Positions 41,850-53,858 of a stretch of DNA of 64,000 nucleotides are shown piece after piece (the first letter of the stretch is position 1; the number at the start of each line of letters is the position of its first letter). Made by a program: the position numbers and the translations under genes. The stretch is taken from positions 59,706,001-59,770,000 of the forward strand of contig NC_043002.1 of the NCBI RefSeq assembly GCF_006345805.1. Direction: 5' to 3'. The notes beneath the pieces were generated by a model. It was not told the origin of the DNA and did no database searches. It saw only the letters and a program-made list of their open reading frames with translations. Source of the stretch: Octopus sinensis. Lineage: Eukaryota.

Positions 41850-42189
41850 AAAAAATTTTGCAATTAGGGACAACTACTTAATAAGGAAAACTTAACAAGA
41901 AATTGTCAGGTAGATAGCGTAAAAACCTCATAAGAGAAAAAATTTCGAAAATATTATTTCTTATTGAACATATTAATTTATATATAGAGGGCATAATTAT
42001 ACATACATGCCAGGAGGCATTATATATACCTGCCAAACGCTAAGAGGGACAATCAGTCATTTCTACCAAAAATATTACTAATCCCACCGAATGCAATTTT
42101 TCAAAGTAAGACATTTAAAAATATATAGGCCTGTATCACAGTGATTTCATACTTACGTAATCATCAGCAGGCCTGAATGTATTATAAAT
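41850..42189 (-). repeat. Inverted partial copy (~340 bp) of the 481-bp unit, including an antisense hammerhead
   Basis: Reverse complement of ~42301-42642; joins the forward array through an AAAT microhomology at ~42186-42189. Confidence 0.95.
42127..42174 (-). ncRNA. Type I hammerhead ribozyme motif (array, inverted copy)
   Basis: Exact reverse complement of the forward array motif. Confidence 0.8.
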
Positions 42190-42319
42190 GCAATTTTGTA
42201 AAAGTTTGCCATTCACCCGGATGTAATATATATAAACTCACCCATGTGCTTCGTTGATGTTGATCAGTTAGCTGTTCGGCTTAAGCGAGGCAGGGTCGTT
42301 GTTTATTTATAATACATTC

Positions 42320-42367
42320 AGGCCTGCTGATGATTACGTAAGTATGAAATCACTGTGATACAGGCCT
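42320..42367 (+). ncRNA. Type I hammerhead ribozyme motif (array unit 1)
   Basis: aggcctg CTGATGA t-tac-gtaa-gta-t GAAA tcac-t-gtga TA caggcct: 7-bp stem I, intact core, GUAA-capped stem II, near-palindromic stem III. Confidence 0.85.
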
Positions 42368-42799
42368 ATATATTTTTAAATGTCTTACTTGAAAAATTGC
42401 ATTCGGTGGGATTAGTAATATTTTTGGTAGAAATGACTGATTGTCCCTCTTAGCGTTTGGCAGGTATATATAGCCTCCTGGCATGTATGTATAATTATGC
42501 CTCTATATATAAATTAATATGTTCAATAAGAAATAATTATTTTCGAAATTTTTTCTCTTATGAGGTTTTTACGCTATCTACCTGACAATTTCTTGTTAAG
42601 TTTTCCTTATTAAGTAGTTGTCCTTAATTGCAAAATTTTTATTCCGAAAAAACTTTTCCTCTCCCAAATGCAATTTTGTAAAAGTTTGCCATTCACCCGG
42701 ATGTAATATATATAAACTCACCCATGTGCTTCGTTGATGTTGATGAGTTAGCTGTTCGGCTTAAGCGAGGCAGGGTCGTTGTTTATTTATAATACATTC

Positions 42800-42847
42800 A
42801 GGCCTGCTGATGATTACGTAAGTATGAAATCACTGTGATACAGGCCT
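42800..42847 (+). ncRNA. Type I hammerhead ribozyme motif (array unit 2)
   Basis: Identical to unit 1. Confidence 0.85.
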
Positions 42848-43282
42848 ATATATTTTTAAATGTCTTACATTGAAAATTGCATTCGGTGGGATTAGTAATA
42901 TTTTTGGTAGAAATGACTGATTGTCCCTCTTAGCGTTTGGCAGGTATATATAATGCCTCCTGGCATGTATTATAATTATGCCCTCTATATATAAATTAAT
43001 ATGTTCAATAAGAAATAATTATTTTCGAAATTTTTTCTCTTATGAGGTTTTTACGCTATCTACCTGACAATTTCTTGTTAAGTTTTCCTTATTAAGTAGT
43101 TGTCCTTAATTGCAAAATTTTTATTCCGAAAAAACTTTTCCTCTCCCGAAATGCAATTTTGTAAAAGTTTGCCATTCACCCGGATGTAATATATATAAAC
43201 TCACCCATGTGCTTCGTTGATGTTGATCAGTTAGCTGTTCGGCTTAAGCGAGGCAGGGTCGTTGTTTATTTATAATACATTC

Positions 43283-43330
43283 AGGCCTGCTGATGATTAC
43301 GTAAGTATGAAATCACTGTGATACAGGCCT
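43283..43330 (+). ncRNA. Type I hammerhead ribozyme motif (array unit 3)
   Basis: Identical to unit 1. Confidence 0.85.
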
Positions 43331-43761
43331 ATATATTTTTAAATGTCTTACTTTGAAAATTGCATTCGGTGGGATTAGTAATATTTTTGGTAGAAATGAC
43401 TGATTGTCCCTCTTAGCGTTTGGCAGGTATATATAATGCCTCCTGGCATGTATGTATAATTATCCCTCTATATATAATTAATATGTTCAATAAGAAATAA
43501 TTATTTTCGAAATTTTTTCTCTATGAGGTTTTTACGCTATCTACCTGACAATTTCTTGTTAAGTTTTCCTTATTAAGTAGTTGTCCTTAATTGCAAAATT
43601 TTTATTCCGAAAAAACTTTTCCTCTCCCGAAATGCAATTTTGTAAAAGTTTGCCATTCACCCGGATGTAATATATAAACTCACCCATGTGCTTCGTTGAT
43701 GTTGATCAGTTAGCTGTTCGGCTTAAGCGAGGCAGGGTCGTTGTTTATTTATAATACATTC

Positions 43762-43808
43762 AGGCCTGCTGATGATTACGTAGTATGAAATCACTGTGAT
43801 ACAGGCCT
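43762..43808 (+). ncRNA. Type I hammerhead ribozyme motif (array unit 4; 1-nt deletion in loop II)
   Basis: ttacgtagtat instead of ttacgtaagtat; may be a sequencing error. Confidence 0.75.
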
Positions 43809-44244
43809 ATATATTTTTAAATGTCTTACTTTGAAAAATTGCATTCGGTGGGATTAGTAATATTTTTGGTAGAAATGACTGATTGTCCCTCTTAGCGTTT
43901 GGCAGGTATATATAATGCCTCCTGGCATGTATGTATAATTATGCCCTCTATATATAATTAATATGTTCAATAAGAAATAATTATTTTCGAAATTTTTTCT
44001 CTTATGAGGTTTTTACGCTATCTACCTGACAATTTCTTGTTAAGTTTTCCTTATTAAGTAGTTGTCCTTAATTGCAAACTTTTTATTCCGAAAAAACTTT
44101 TCCTCTCCCGAAATGCAATTTTGTAAAAGTTTGCCATTCACCCGGATGTAATATATATAAACTCACCCATGTGCTTCGTTGATGTTGATCAGTTAGCTGT
44201 TCGGCTTAAGCGAGGCAGGGTCGTTGTTTATTTATAATACATTC

Positions 44245-44292
44245 AGGCCTGCTGATGATTACGTAAGTATGAAATCACTGTGATACAGGCCT
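44245..44292 (+). ncRNA. Type I hammerhead ribozyme motif (array unit 5)
   Basis: Identical to unit 1. Confidence 0.85.
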
Positions 44293-44439
44293 ATTTATTT
44301 TTAAATGTCTTACTTTGAAAAATTGCATTCGGGGGATTAGTAATATTTTTGGTAGAAATGACTGATTGTCCCTCTTAGCGTTTGGCAGGTATATATAATG
44401 CCTCCTGGCATGTATGTATAATTATGCCCTCTATATATA

Positions 44440-44477
44440 AATATATATTATATATATATGTATGTTTATATAAATGT

Positions 44478-44521
<44 letters not shown>

Positions 44522-44610
44522 ATATATATATATATGTATATATATGTATATATATATGTATATATATATGTATGTATATATATATATGTATGTATATATA
44601 TATATATATC

Positions 44611-44641
<31 letters not shown>

Positions 44642-44670
44642 GTATATATATATACATATATATATGTATG

Positions 44671-44716
<46 letters not shown>

Positions 44717-44751
44717 TATATATATTATATATATATATGTATATATATATG

Positions 44752-44788
<37 letters not shown>

Positions 44789-44830
44789 TAAAGCATGTTT
44801 GTTATATACATATATATATATATGTATATG
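44440..44830. repeat. (TA)n/(TATG)n microsatellite
   Basis: Visible directly. Confidence 0.95.
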
Positions 44831-44915
44831 TATGTCCCGGGTTGATTCGGGGTTAACCACAGTAAATAAGGTACTCAATACATAGCAGAGTAAAATTAAT
44901 TTATTATATAGAAGG

Positions 44916-44966
44916 AGCTTCTACAGGACTAGAACTGTTTCATTCAAGAGAAATCTTCAGGAAGCT
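44916..44966 (-). ncRNA. Type I hammerhead ribozyme motif in a short (TA)n-flanked element
   Basis: Minus strand: agcttc CTGAAGA t-ttc-tctt-gaa-t GAAA cag-ttctagtc-ctg TA gaagct; 6-bp stem I, GUA site. Confidence 0.8.
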
Positions 44967-45018
44967 AGTTAACAAGAATTGTATTGGCATTTATACATTT
45001 AGGCAGGTTTACATATAC

Positions 45019-45056
<38 letters not shown>

Positions 45057-45445
45057 CTATATATACACACATATATATATATACATATATATACACACAC
45101 ACACACATATGCATACACATATACACACACACATACACACATTTACATACAAATACAGACCCATTCCCTAATTTTAATTTTATTATCTTCATTTATTACT
45201 TTTGTCATACTTGGGGGAGTGGTCAAGGAGTCAGTGGTAAATTAGATAAAAGAATAAATAAAAGAATAAAAAAATATATAAGAGAATCGAGTTTTAGGTA
45301 AATAAGGAGATTCTCACTTATACCTATACACATATGTATACATATATACACACACACACACACATATACATACACACATACATACACACACACATATATA
45401 TATATATATATACACATACACATACATACATATATCTACACATAC

Positions 45446-45490
<45 letters not shown>

Positions 45491-45866
45491 TATATATACA
45501 TATATATATACACACACACACACATATGCATACACATATACACACTCACATGTATATATACACACACGACCACACATACATATACACACATAAAAATATA
45601 TACATACACACACATACACATACACGCATACACACATATCCACATACACACATGCACACACAGCACACAAGTCCCTATATACACATATATGCACATACAC
45701 ACATATACATATATATACATATATATATATATACATATGTGTACCTATACATACCTACACATACACACATTTACATACAAATACAGACCCATTCCCTAAT
45801 TTTAATTTTATTATCTTCATTTATTACTTTTGTTATCTTTGACATATATATATATGTATATATATA

Positions 45867-45928
<62 letters not shown>

Positions 45929-46124
45929 TATATATATATATATTATATATATATATATATATTTATAAAAGCATGTTAGTTAGGAAAGTCACGATAATCA
46001 GAACTCAATACATGTAGAGCAAAAATACCCTGAAGAGACTTGAGTGCCATTCACATTACTCTCGGAACTTGTGTCACTTTAGCACTCCCCACTGCGAAAA
46101 CAATGATAGTATCAATAATAATAA

Positions 46125-46420
46125 TAATGCTGGATCATAGATATAGCATGCCTAGCTGACAACAAAGTATGCTATAAGGAAGAGAGAAAAGTCAATAAAT
46201 ACGAAAGGTTAGCTTGGGCAGTTAAGCAGTTGTGGTCGACGAAAAAAAGTGGTATTCGGAGCCCTGGGAACAATGAGAAAACATCTTCAGAAGTACATGG
46301 AACAAATATGGGCTGGAAGAAGGGTGGAGGGCTTGCAGAAAACAGGTATTACCTTATTTCACTGGTAGTAAACAGCTGACACTGTAGTATGTCTCTAGCG
46401 TTAGAAGTTGTGCGAAGGCA
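46125..46420 (+). pseudogene. R4/Dong-like LINE 3' end (RLE endonuclease plus 3' UTR) ending at (TAA)n
   Basis: WIIDIACLADNKVCYKEERKVNKYERLAWAVKQLW...VFGALG...LQK, followed by an AAT tail. Confidence 0.8.
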
Positions 46421-46444
46421 ATAATAATAATAACGATAATAATA

Positions 46445-46479
<35 letters not shown>

Positions 46480-46490
46480 TAATAATAATA

Positions 46491-46558
<68 letters not shown>

Positions 46559-46577
46559 AATAATAATAATAATAATA

Positions 46578-46676
<99 letters not shown>

Positions 46677-46691
46677 TAATAATAATAATAA
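46421..46691. repeat. (TAA)n/(TGA)n array
   Basis: Visible directly. Confidence 0.97.
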
Positions 46692-48617
46692 TCGTACAGG
46701 TGGGGTTACATATGCTCTCGATGGACATTTCTGTGTTAGACCGAAAAGAGAAGGGGGAGCTTAAAAGCGAAGACAGATACAGGGCACTGAACAGGAAGTA
46801 TGATATTGAAAGAAAGGGCCTGAATGTAGTAATGGATGAACTGAAATAACGCCTCGTTGCAAAGATGGTAAGATACGGCTAAAGAATGAAGGGATACCGG
46901 CAGAATAGGTTATTCTGAATAGATCAGAAGAGATTCTATAAAGAAATAAATGGAGAGTGTATAGATGAAAAGTTGATACCAAATGGAATTGAAAGTCTAA
47001 GCAAAAAAATGGGTAGCTGGAAGTTCCCGGGAGCAGAGGGAGTTCAATACTACTGGAACAAAAGGTTTAGAGAATGTCATGCACAAATAGCTGCATAACC
47101 CAACGCTTTGTTATATGCCGACCAAGTAACACCAAAGTGGTTAACAATGGGTAAGACAGTGCTGTGCTTGAAAAACATCGAAGAAAGCGATACGGTAAAC
47201 AATTATAGGCCGATATCCAGCTTGCTACTTATATAGAAATTATTGATTGCAATAGTCACATAGTCAATGGAGTCCTTCCACATGAGCAGAATGGATGCAA
47301 GCGTAAGTGCAGAGGTAACAAGCATCAACTCCTGGTAGACAAAACTGTACTTAGAGACTGCAAGAGGAGATAAACTAACTTAGCGATATCATGGATCAAT
47401 TATCGCAAGGCGTACGACACGATCCCACATTCTTGGATTAAGGAATGTATGAACCCATTTGGTATTGTATCAAAAGCTGAGCGATTGTTTGGAAATAGTA
47501 TGGCAAATGGAGGTCGGAACTGACAGGAAGAAGTTTAGGGACAATCGAAATCAGGAGAAGCATTTTCCAAGGGGACTGCCTGACCCCACTGATCTTTGTA
47601 CTGATTCTGAGGAAAACAAAGACTGGATGTGTATTCAAAAGCCGCCAACAAAATGTCAACTACTTGTTATTCATGAATGACCTCAAATTTACGGTAAAGA
47701 TGAATTCCAAGTCAGTTCCCTCATGGATAAGGTGCATACTTTCAGTGCTGATATCAGAATGGAGTTCGGACTGAAAAAGTGTAGTGTGTTATTCTTGAAG
47801 AGAGGCAAAGTCAAATGTATAGACGGGCTAACGATACCGTCGGGGGAGGTTATGAAGCAGATAGAGGAAACGGTCTATAAGTATTTGGGGATATTTGAGA
47901 TGGATAAATTGATTGAGAAAGAAATGACAGAAAAATTAAAGTGGAGTACTTGCGCAGACTGAGACTGTTCCTTAATTTGAAATTAAACGAGACGGAATAA
48001 GATTAAAGCTATCGAAACCTGGGCGGTTTCACTCCTTACATATAGAGTCTACTGTCCATGCGATTACATGGACAGTAGACAAACTAAACAGCTTAGACAG
48101 AAAGACAAAGAAGTTACTGACTAGATATGGGTTACTCTAACAAAAAAGTGGCAAAGACAGACTGTATGTACCAAGAAAAAGAGGAGAAAGAAGACTGATG
48201 CAATGTGAACACAGCATTAGATCAGAAGAAAACAACATAGAATGGTTTATCAAAAATGCCACAGAACCACTATTATTGGAAGTAATAAGGTCAGGGCTGT
48301 GTAGGATGGAAGGCTCTAAAGATAACGCACTGTACAAGCACTTGAGAATGAATGAAACTGAAAATAGGTGGATAAGGAAAAGAATGCATGGACAATTTCG
48401 TAGGGGTGTTAAAAATAAGACAGACAGACAGAGAAAAAAGATGGTCATGGATGATTAAAAGTGATTTAAAACCAGAAGAACAAATTACATCAAATACAGA
48501 ATAGACAACAATTCCGAAAGTGATAAACGCAGAATTTGTGGACAAAATGGTGAAACCGTATGACATATTACCAGTCAAAGTACACCAGTAGCCCAGAAAG
48601 AATGTAAGAGTCGTCAC
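46692..48617 (+). pseudogene. R4/Dong-like RLE LINE, reverse transcriptase to CCHC knuckle, decayed
   Basis: [90 protein letters not shown]...AQKECKSRH. Confidence 0.92.
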
Positions 48618-49695
48618 CGAAATGTTTCGAAAATTTTCACCGAAAATTTTACCCAAAAAGTTTTCGAAAATTTTACCCAAAAAGTTTTCGAAAATTTTCA
48701 CAAAGTATATACTCTTTTTTTTTACTTGTATCAGCCTGAGGCCATTTACCCAAAAATTTTCCTTAAAAATTTTTGGAAAATTTTCAACGAAGATTTTAAC
48801 CAATAATTTTTAGAAACTTTTCTCAAAAAATATTCCGAAAATTTAGACGAAAATTTTCTCCAAATTTTTCCGAACATTTTAACCGAAAACGATGTCGAAG
48901 TATATAGACTACAGCATATGGAGCATATTCGTTATATGGTTTTTCGAAAATTTTTCCCAAAAATTTATCCAAAATTTTACCTTAAAATTTTACCCAAAAT
49001 TCTTTCCAAAATTTTCACCGAAAATTTTACCCAAAATTTTTTGAAAACTTTTGCCGAAAATTTAGCCGAAAATTTTAACCGAAAACGATATCGACGTTCA
49101 TAGACTACAGCATATGGAGCATACTCGTTATATAGTTTTACGAAAATTTTTACCAAAAATTTTGCCGAAAATTTTTTGAAAATTTTACCGAAAATTTTCC
49201 CCAAACTTTTATCCAAAATTTTACATAGAATTTTACCCAAAATTCTTTCGAAAATTTTCCCAAAATATTTTTCGAAAATTTTCACAAAAAATTTATCCAA
49301 TTTTTTACCTAAAATTTTACCCAAAATTCTTTCGAAAATTTTCACCGAAAATTTTACTCAAAATTATTTGAAAACTTTTGCCCAAAATTTTCCCCACAAT
49401 TTTTCGAAAATTTGAACCGAAAATTTTATCCAAAAATTTATCGAAAACTTTACACAAAGTTTTTTGAAAATTTTCAACAAAAATTTTCCAAAAATTTTAC
49501 CCAAATATTTTTGGAAAATTTTCACTAAATATTTCCCGAAAATTTTTCCCCGAACATTTTCAACGAAAACAATGTCAACGTTAATAGACTTCAGCATATG
49601 GAGCATATTCGTTGTATTGTTTTTCGAAAATTTTCACAGAAAATTTTACCTAAAATTTTTTGTAAATTTTTGGTGAAAATTTTCCCTGGAAATTA
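48618..49695. repeat. AT-rich minisatellite of degenerate (C)GAAAATTTT(Y) units with three conserved ~70-bp islands
   Basis: Islands at ~48881-48950, 49077-49146 and 49561-49630 share gact(a/t)cagcatatggagcata(t/c)tcgtt. Confidence 0.9.
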
Positions 49696-50888
49696 AATAG
49701 AGTGAATTCTGGTGTACTACTACAGTTAAGATGCCTCACCATCCACGATACGCTAGATTCTGCTTTACACTTAACAACTAGACGATATCAACTAGACCAC
49801 ACTTAACAACTAGACCACAGAGCCAGATTATATTGATTGCGAGTAGGCCTATGCAAAGCTAAATTCGGTATTTTTGTAGAATTCGGAAACCAACTCAAAA
49901 TCTATGCTTCCTAGATGATGTCGGAGAAATGTCGGAAGATTAAGTGGGAGTATTTGATAAGAACAAAACACAAGGTAGCGCTTTCAGCAGTTGCTTTATT
50001 GTGAAAGGAGGTTAATATGAAAGGGCTATGCACTCGCTCAAGCAGCTAGAAATAGCTGTCAAAAACCGTTAAAAATTTTGTGGTATTTCGGCAGAGTCAT
50101 TTTGCCCATATTAACCACACACATCGGTTCAATTTTCTTCACTTCTTCATTATTTGTCAATTGATTAACTATTTAAGCAAATAAGAAGTCGATAGACAAT
50201 CAATCAATCAATCAATCACTATACATTGCCTCTTCAATGATACGCCCTCCAGGCTAGCTTCTGGCCATTCACAACTGATTGATTGACTGATTGATCGGAT
50301 GATAATTGAAGCAATCGATTATTTAATTGGTTAAATATTTTACCAATTGACAAATAATAAAGAAGTGCAATAAAACCAGTGCATATGTTTATTATTGGTG
50401 CAATGATCCTCAGAATACAGCAATATCTATTTTGAACATACTCGTCGCATCAAGAGTCTTGCATAATTAATACAAAAACGATATTCCCTTAAACCCTCGC
50501 ATAAAAAGGGAACGACACCCTAGACAACGTAATACTGTTCCTGGAAAGGAAACAGCCTATGTTGTTTGCTGGACATAAGTTTTCTAGATCAAATCTAGCT
50601 TGAAACACAAACCACAACTGCAACCATCTAAATGCATGTGCGACTTTTGATAACTCTATCAGATTTGGATAATAAAAATTTCTCTGCATTATACAACATA
50701 TTGTTTCGTTTTTTTTTTCTTTCCTTTTCTTTCTATAGTCTAAGTACCAATAACGATCATGCCTACACTCAAAACCAAATAGTCATCCGCTGAAGAAATA
50801 TGTTAGCAACGGGCAAGTACTGTAAAAATTGTAATGTCATGAACTTATTATTATTGCGAACATTCATTCACGAAAATGAAAATATAGC

Positions 50889-50938
<50 letters not shown>

Positions 50939-51623
50939 TAGGAAGACGAAGAAGTAAAAAGTGAGTGTAACAAACAAAGTTATGTTTACGAAGTTATGCG
51001 TTATCCGCTGATTAATGCTTGGGCAGTGTGTAATACATATACTCAAGCAGTTAATGTTTTTCTCCTTCATACTTTGTCAAGTACTTGACAAGTTCATGCC
51101 ATTTTAATATAGAGTTTTTCATGTTTATTTTCTTTTCTTTACAAAACATTTCACTTATTTTAGAGTGTAAATTGCTTCATTACCCCTATTTCACTGTTTT
51201 CAATTTTGTTTTCAGATTTCGTTAGTAATTTTTCATTACTTGTAGAAGTTTGTTACTTGACATTTCCATTATCATTCACATCTAATCTCTTTTCTCTCTT
51301 CCCTTCCTCTCCATTTCTCTCTCCCTCTCATTTCTCTCTCTTTCACCCTCTCCCCCTCGTATCTCTGTTACTCTGTCTTTCTTTCAGTTTGTTATTATTT
51401 CTCTGTCTCTCTTTCTCTAGCCGTCCCTTTCTCAGTTTCTCTCTCAATCTCTGCATCACTCAGCCTGGCTTTTTGTTTCTATCTGTCTGTCTTTGTCTCT
51501 CTCAGCTTCTATGATCTTACTTCTCTTTCCCCTTGTCTGTCTTTGCCTTTGTTTCTCTCTGTCTCTCTTTCACTCACCATCAGTTTTCTCTCTCTTTCTC
51601 CCTTCTCTCTCCCCTTTTATCTT

Positions 51624-51624
<1 letters not shown>

Positions 51625-51700
<76 letters not shown>
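51625..51700. repeat. (TCTA)n inside a polypyrimidine-rich tract (51280-51730)
   Basis: Visible directly. Confidence 0.9.
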
Positions 51701-51701
<1 letters not shown>

Positions 51702-52667
51702 GCTGACTCTTTCTCTCCGTCTTCCCTTCCCTTTTCCATGCTGTCAAACGAGATATCTTCAAAATCTTTACAATTTCCAACATTTTCTGTTCCGTTCCAG
51801 TCTTTTCCGCCACCCACCTCTTGTATTATTTTAAACATCTCTCTCCATTCCTTTCATTTTTATTAATTGCTTTTATTATTCTTTCTTCTCAACAACACTA
51901 ACAACAACAACAACAGCTACAACAAAAATGTCGTAATCCACATTGACGAATACAACAAGAATAATTCATTAATTTCTAAATGTTAACTTCATTTGGATAA
52001 ATTCTCCAAAGGAAGGAGCCAACGATAACAGGAGGAGAAGGAGGAGGGAAGAAAACTCGCCATGGAATATCGTAAACGGATTTCCATTGGAATAAAATCG
52101 TAGCGATTCCAGGGAAATTCAAGAGGTAAACAAGTCTAACATTTCCTTTATTAAATGACAAAGTGTCTGGCGACGGTTTCGACTGACAAATGCTCTACTT
52201 GTACGCAAAAAGACCTAATTGCTCATTATATTGAAGTGTGACTAACTAACCTTTTTCTGAACACGTATGATATCAAAGAATTAAAATGATTTAGCATGAG
52301 CCACTTCGATAAAAGTACCTCTATGTATGGATATGTGACGAAGAAACTTGATAGTATAATTTGATTATCATGGATGAAAATTAGAAAATATGACAAACAA
52401 CATGGAACTAACTGCCATAACTTGTATAAGTGTATATTTGGCCGATTTCATGAATTTGTTTGCTACTGTCTTCAGGCTCGTGAATATTTTTTTCCGTCAA
52501 ACTGGGATGAATGCCATATAGTCAGTAGTCGAATCTTAATCTTCCAATCAAAGTCAGATATATTAAAGCTGTTCTTTTAAATAATTACTCAAAATAATTA
52601 CTCCCATGCATAGATCTGGTTTTGAATATAATCTCTTCATCATAGTAACTATAATTTACTTTCCACA

Positions 52668-52959
52668 GTGGAGGCGCGTAGCTCAGTGGTTAGGGCATTC
52701 AGCTCACCCTCGTGATTTCGATTCCCGGTCGTGTGCGCTGTGTCTCTCGAGCAAGATACTTTATTTCCGGCTGCCGCTGTCCACTCAAAGTAGAATCTGT
52801 GTTTCAAAAGGTCAGATTTATCACATTCTGTGTCACGCTGTATCACGTTAAAGATATTCGTGTTTGTGGAATGCTCAACCAGTTACGTTTAATTTCATGA
52901 GCAGGCTGTTCCGTTAATCGGATCAACTGGGATATTTCGTTGTTGTAACCGACGGAGTA
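52668..52959 (+). mobile_element. tRNA-derived SINE (9428 family)
   Basis: gtggaggcgcgtagctcagtggttaggg (A box) ... ttcgattccc (B box) ... gtaaccgacggagt. Confidence 0.85.
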
Positions 52960-52997
52960 GCTACTTCATTTTAATCAAATCTTTTGCTCTTTGCATA

Positions 52998-53858
52998 AGA
53001 GATCTGATCAATAAGTATCAGGACAGTCGTCATAGTAACGAAGTTAAAGGACTGGATCTGAAATCGCTTAGCAACGTGACTGTGATCTCTGCTCTGCATG
53101 CGCACAAAAGATTTGGCCGTCTAGGTCACTTCCGCTGTTTATAGCAGTGCTTTGAATGAAGGTGTGTAAACTGTGATCATCTCAGTTACCATGACAGAGA
53201 AAGTAGTCATGGCGATACTTGTTCGGAGGCCTACGCAAAGTTGCAGAAAGTGTATGGAGTAGAGTCTATGAACTGCACACAAGTGTACCAGTGGTACAGA
53301 CGTTTCCAAGATGGCGGAAAAAATTTCGATATTGATGAACGTTCTTAGAGATCTGCAACCAGTGGCACTGAGAAAAACATCGCAGATGTACGTGCAGCTG
53401 TGAGGGAAAACCGTCGACTCACCATCCGTGAGATATCAGAGGATGTACAGATTAGTTACAGTTCAGTTCAGTCCATTATCACTGAAGATTTTTTTATGAG
53501 ACGCGTGTCTGCCAAGTTTGTGCCAAAACTGCTTTCAGTTGACCAAAAAGACATTAGGGTTTCAGTGACATAAGGTATCCTTGATTGTGTCGGACACGAT
53601 GAAAACTTTGTGAAAACTTTGTGTAGGCCTTTCAGCAGGTATTGCCAAGCTTTTGGCGAAGCGTGATGCAGATTATCTGCTCAACTTACTCTGTCATGGC
53701 CAATGCGACGATCACACGCTAAACCCCTTCCTTCCGAGCATTGCTAAAACAGTGGAAGTAAACACATGCACAACAGATTTCAAGTGAAGCGGCTTCACTT
53801 ATCATGCTTTAGCTTCGTTACTATAGCAACACTCCGGATACTTATTGATCATACCACT
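52998..53858 (+). mobile_element. Non-autonomous mariner element (N-terminal transposase fragment, TIRs)
   Basis: TIRs gatcaataagtatcagga / tccggatacttattgatc. Peptide EAYAKLQKVYG...VYQWYRRFQDG...VRENRRLTIREI...RRVSAKFVPKLL (WVPHEL-like). Confidence 0.9.

Larger units (their letters stand above)
42186..44440 (+). repeat. Tandem array of ~481-bp units (4 full plus ~0.7), near-identical
   Basis: atgcaattttgtaaaag recurs at 42188, 42668, 43151, 43632 and 44113; units differ mostly by 1-nt indels. Confidence 0.97.

Noticed and set aside
42186-44440. CRISPR-like interpretation of the array
   Set aside because: Units are wholly repeated with no variable spacers, the context is eukaryotic, and there are no cas genes.
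46020-46085. CTGAAGA...ctc-GGAA-cttgtg-TC in a (TA)n-flanked segment
   Set aside because: GGAA instead of GAAA and no stem I; at most a decayed copy.
48291-49676. KIF/PKI-rich ORFs
   Set aside because: Translations of the GAAAATTTT minisatellite.
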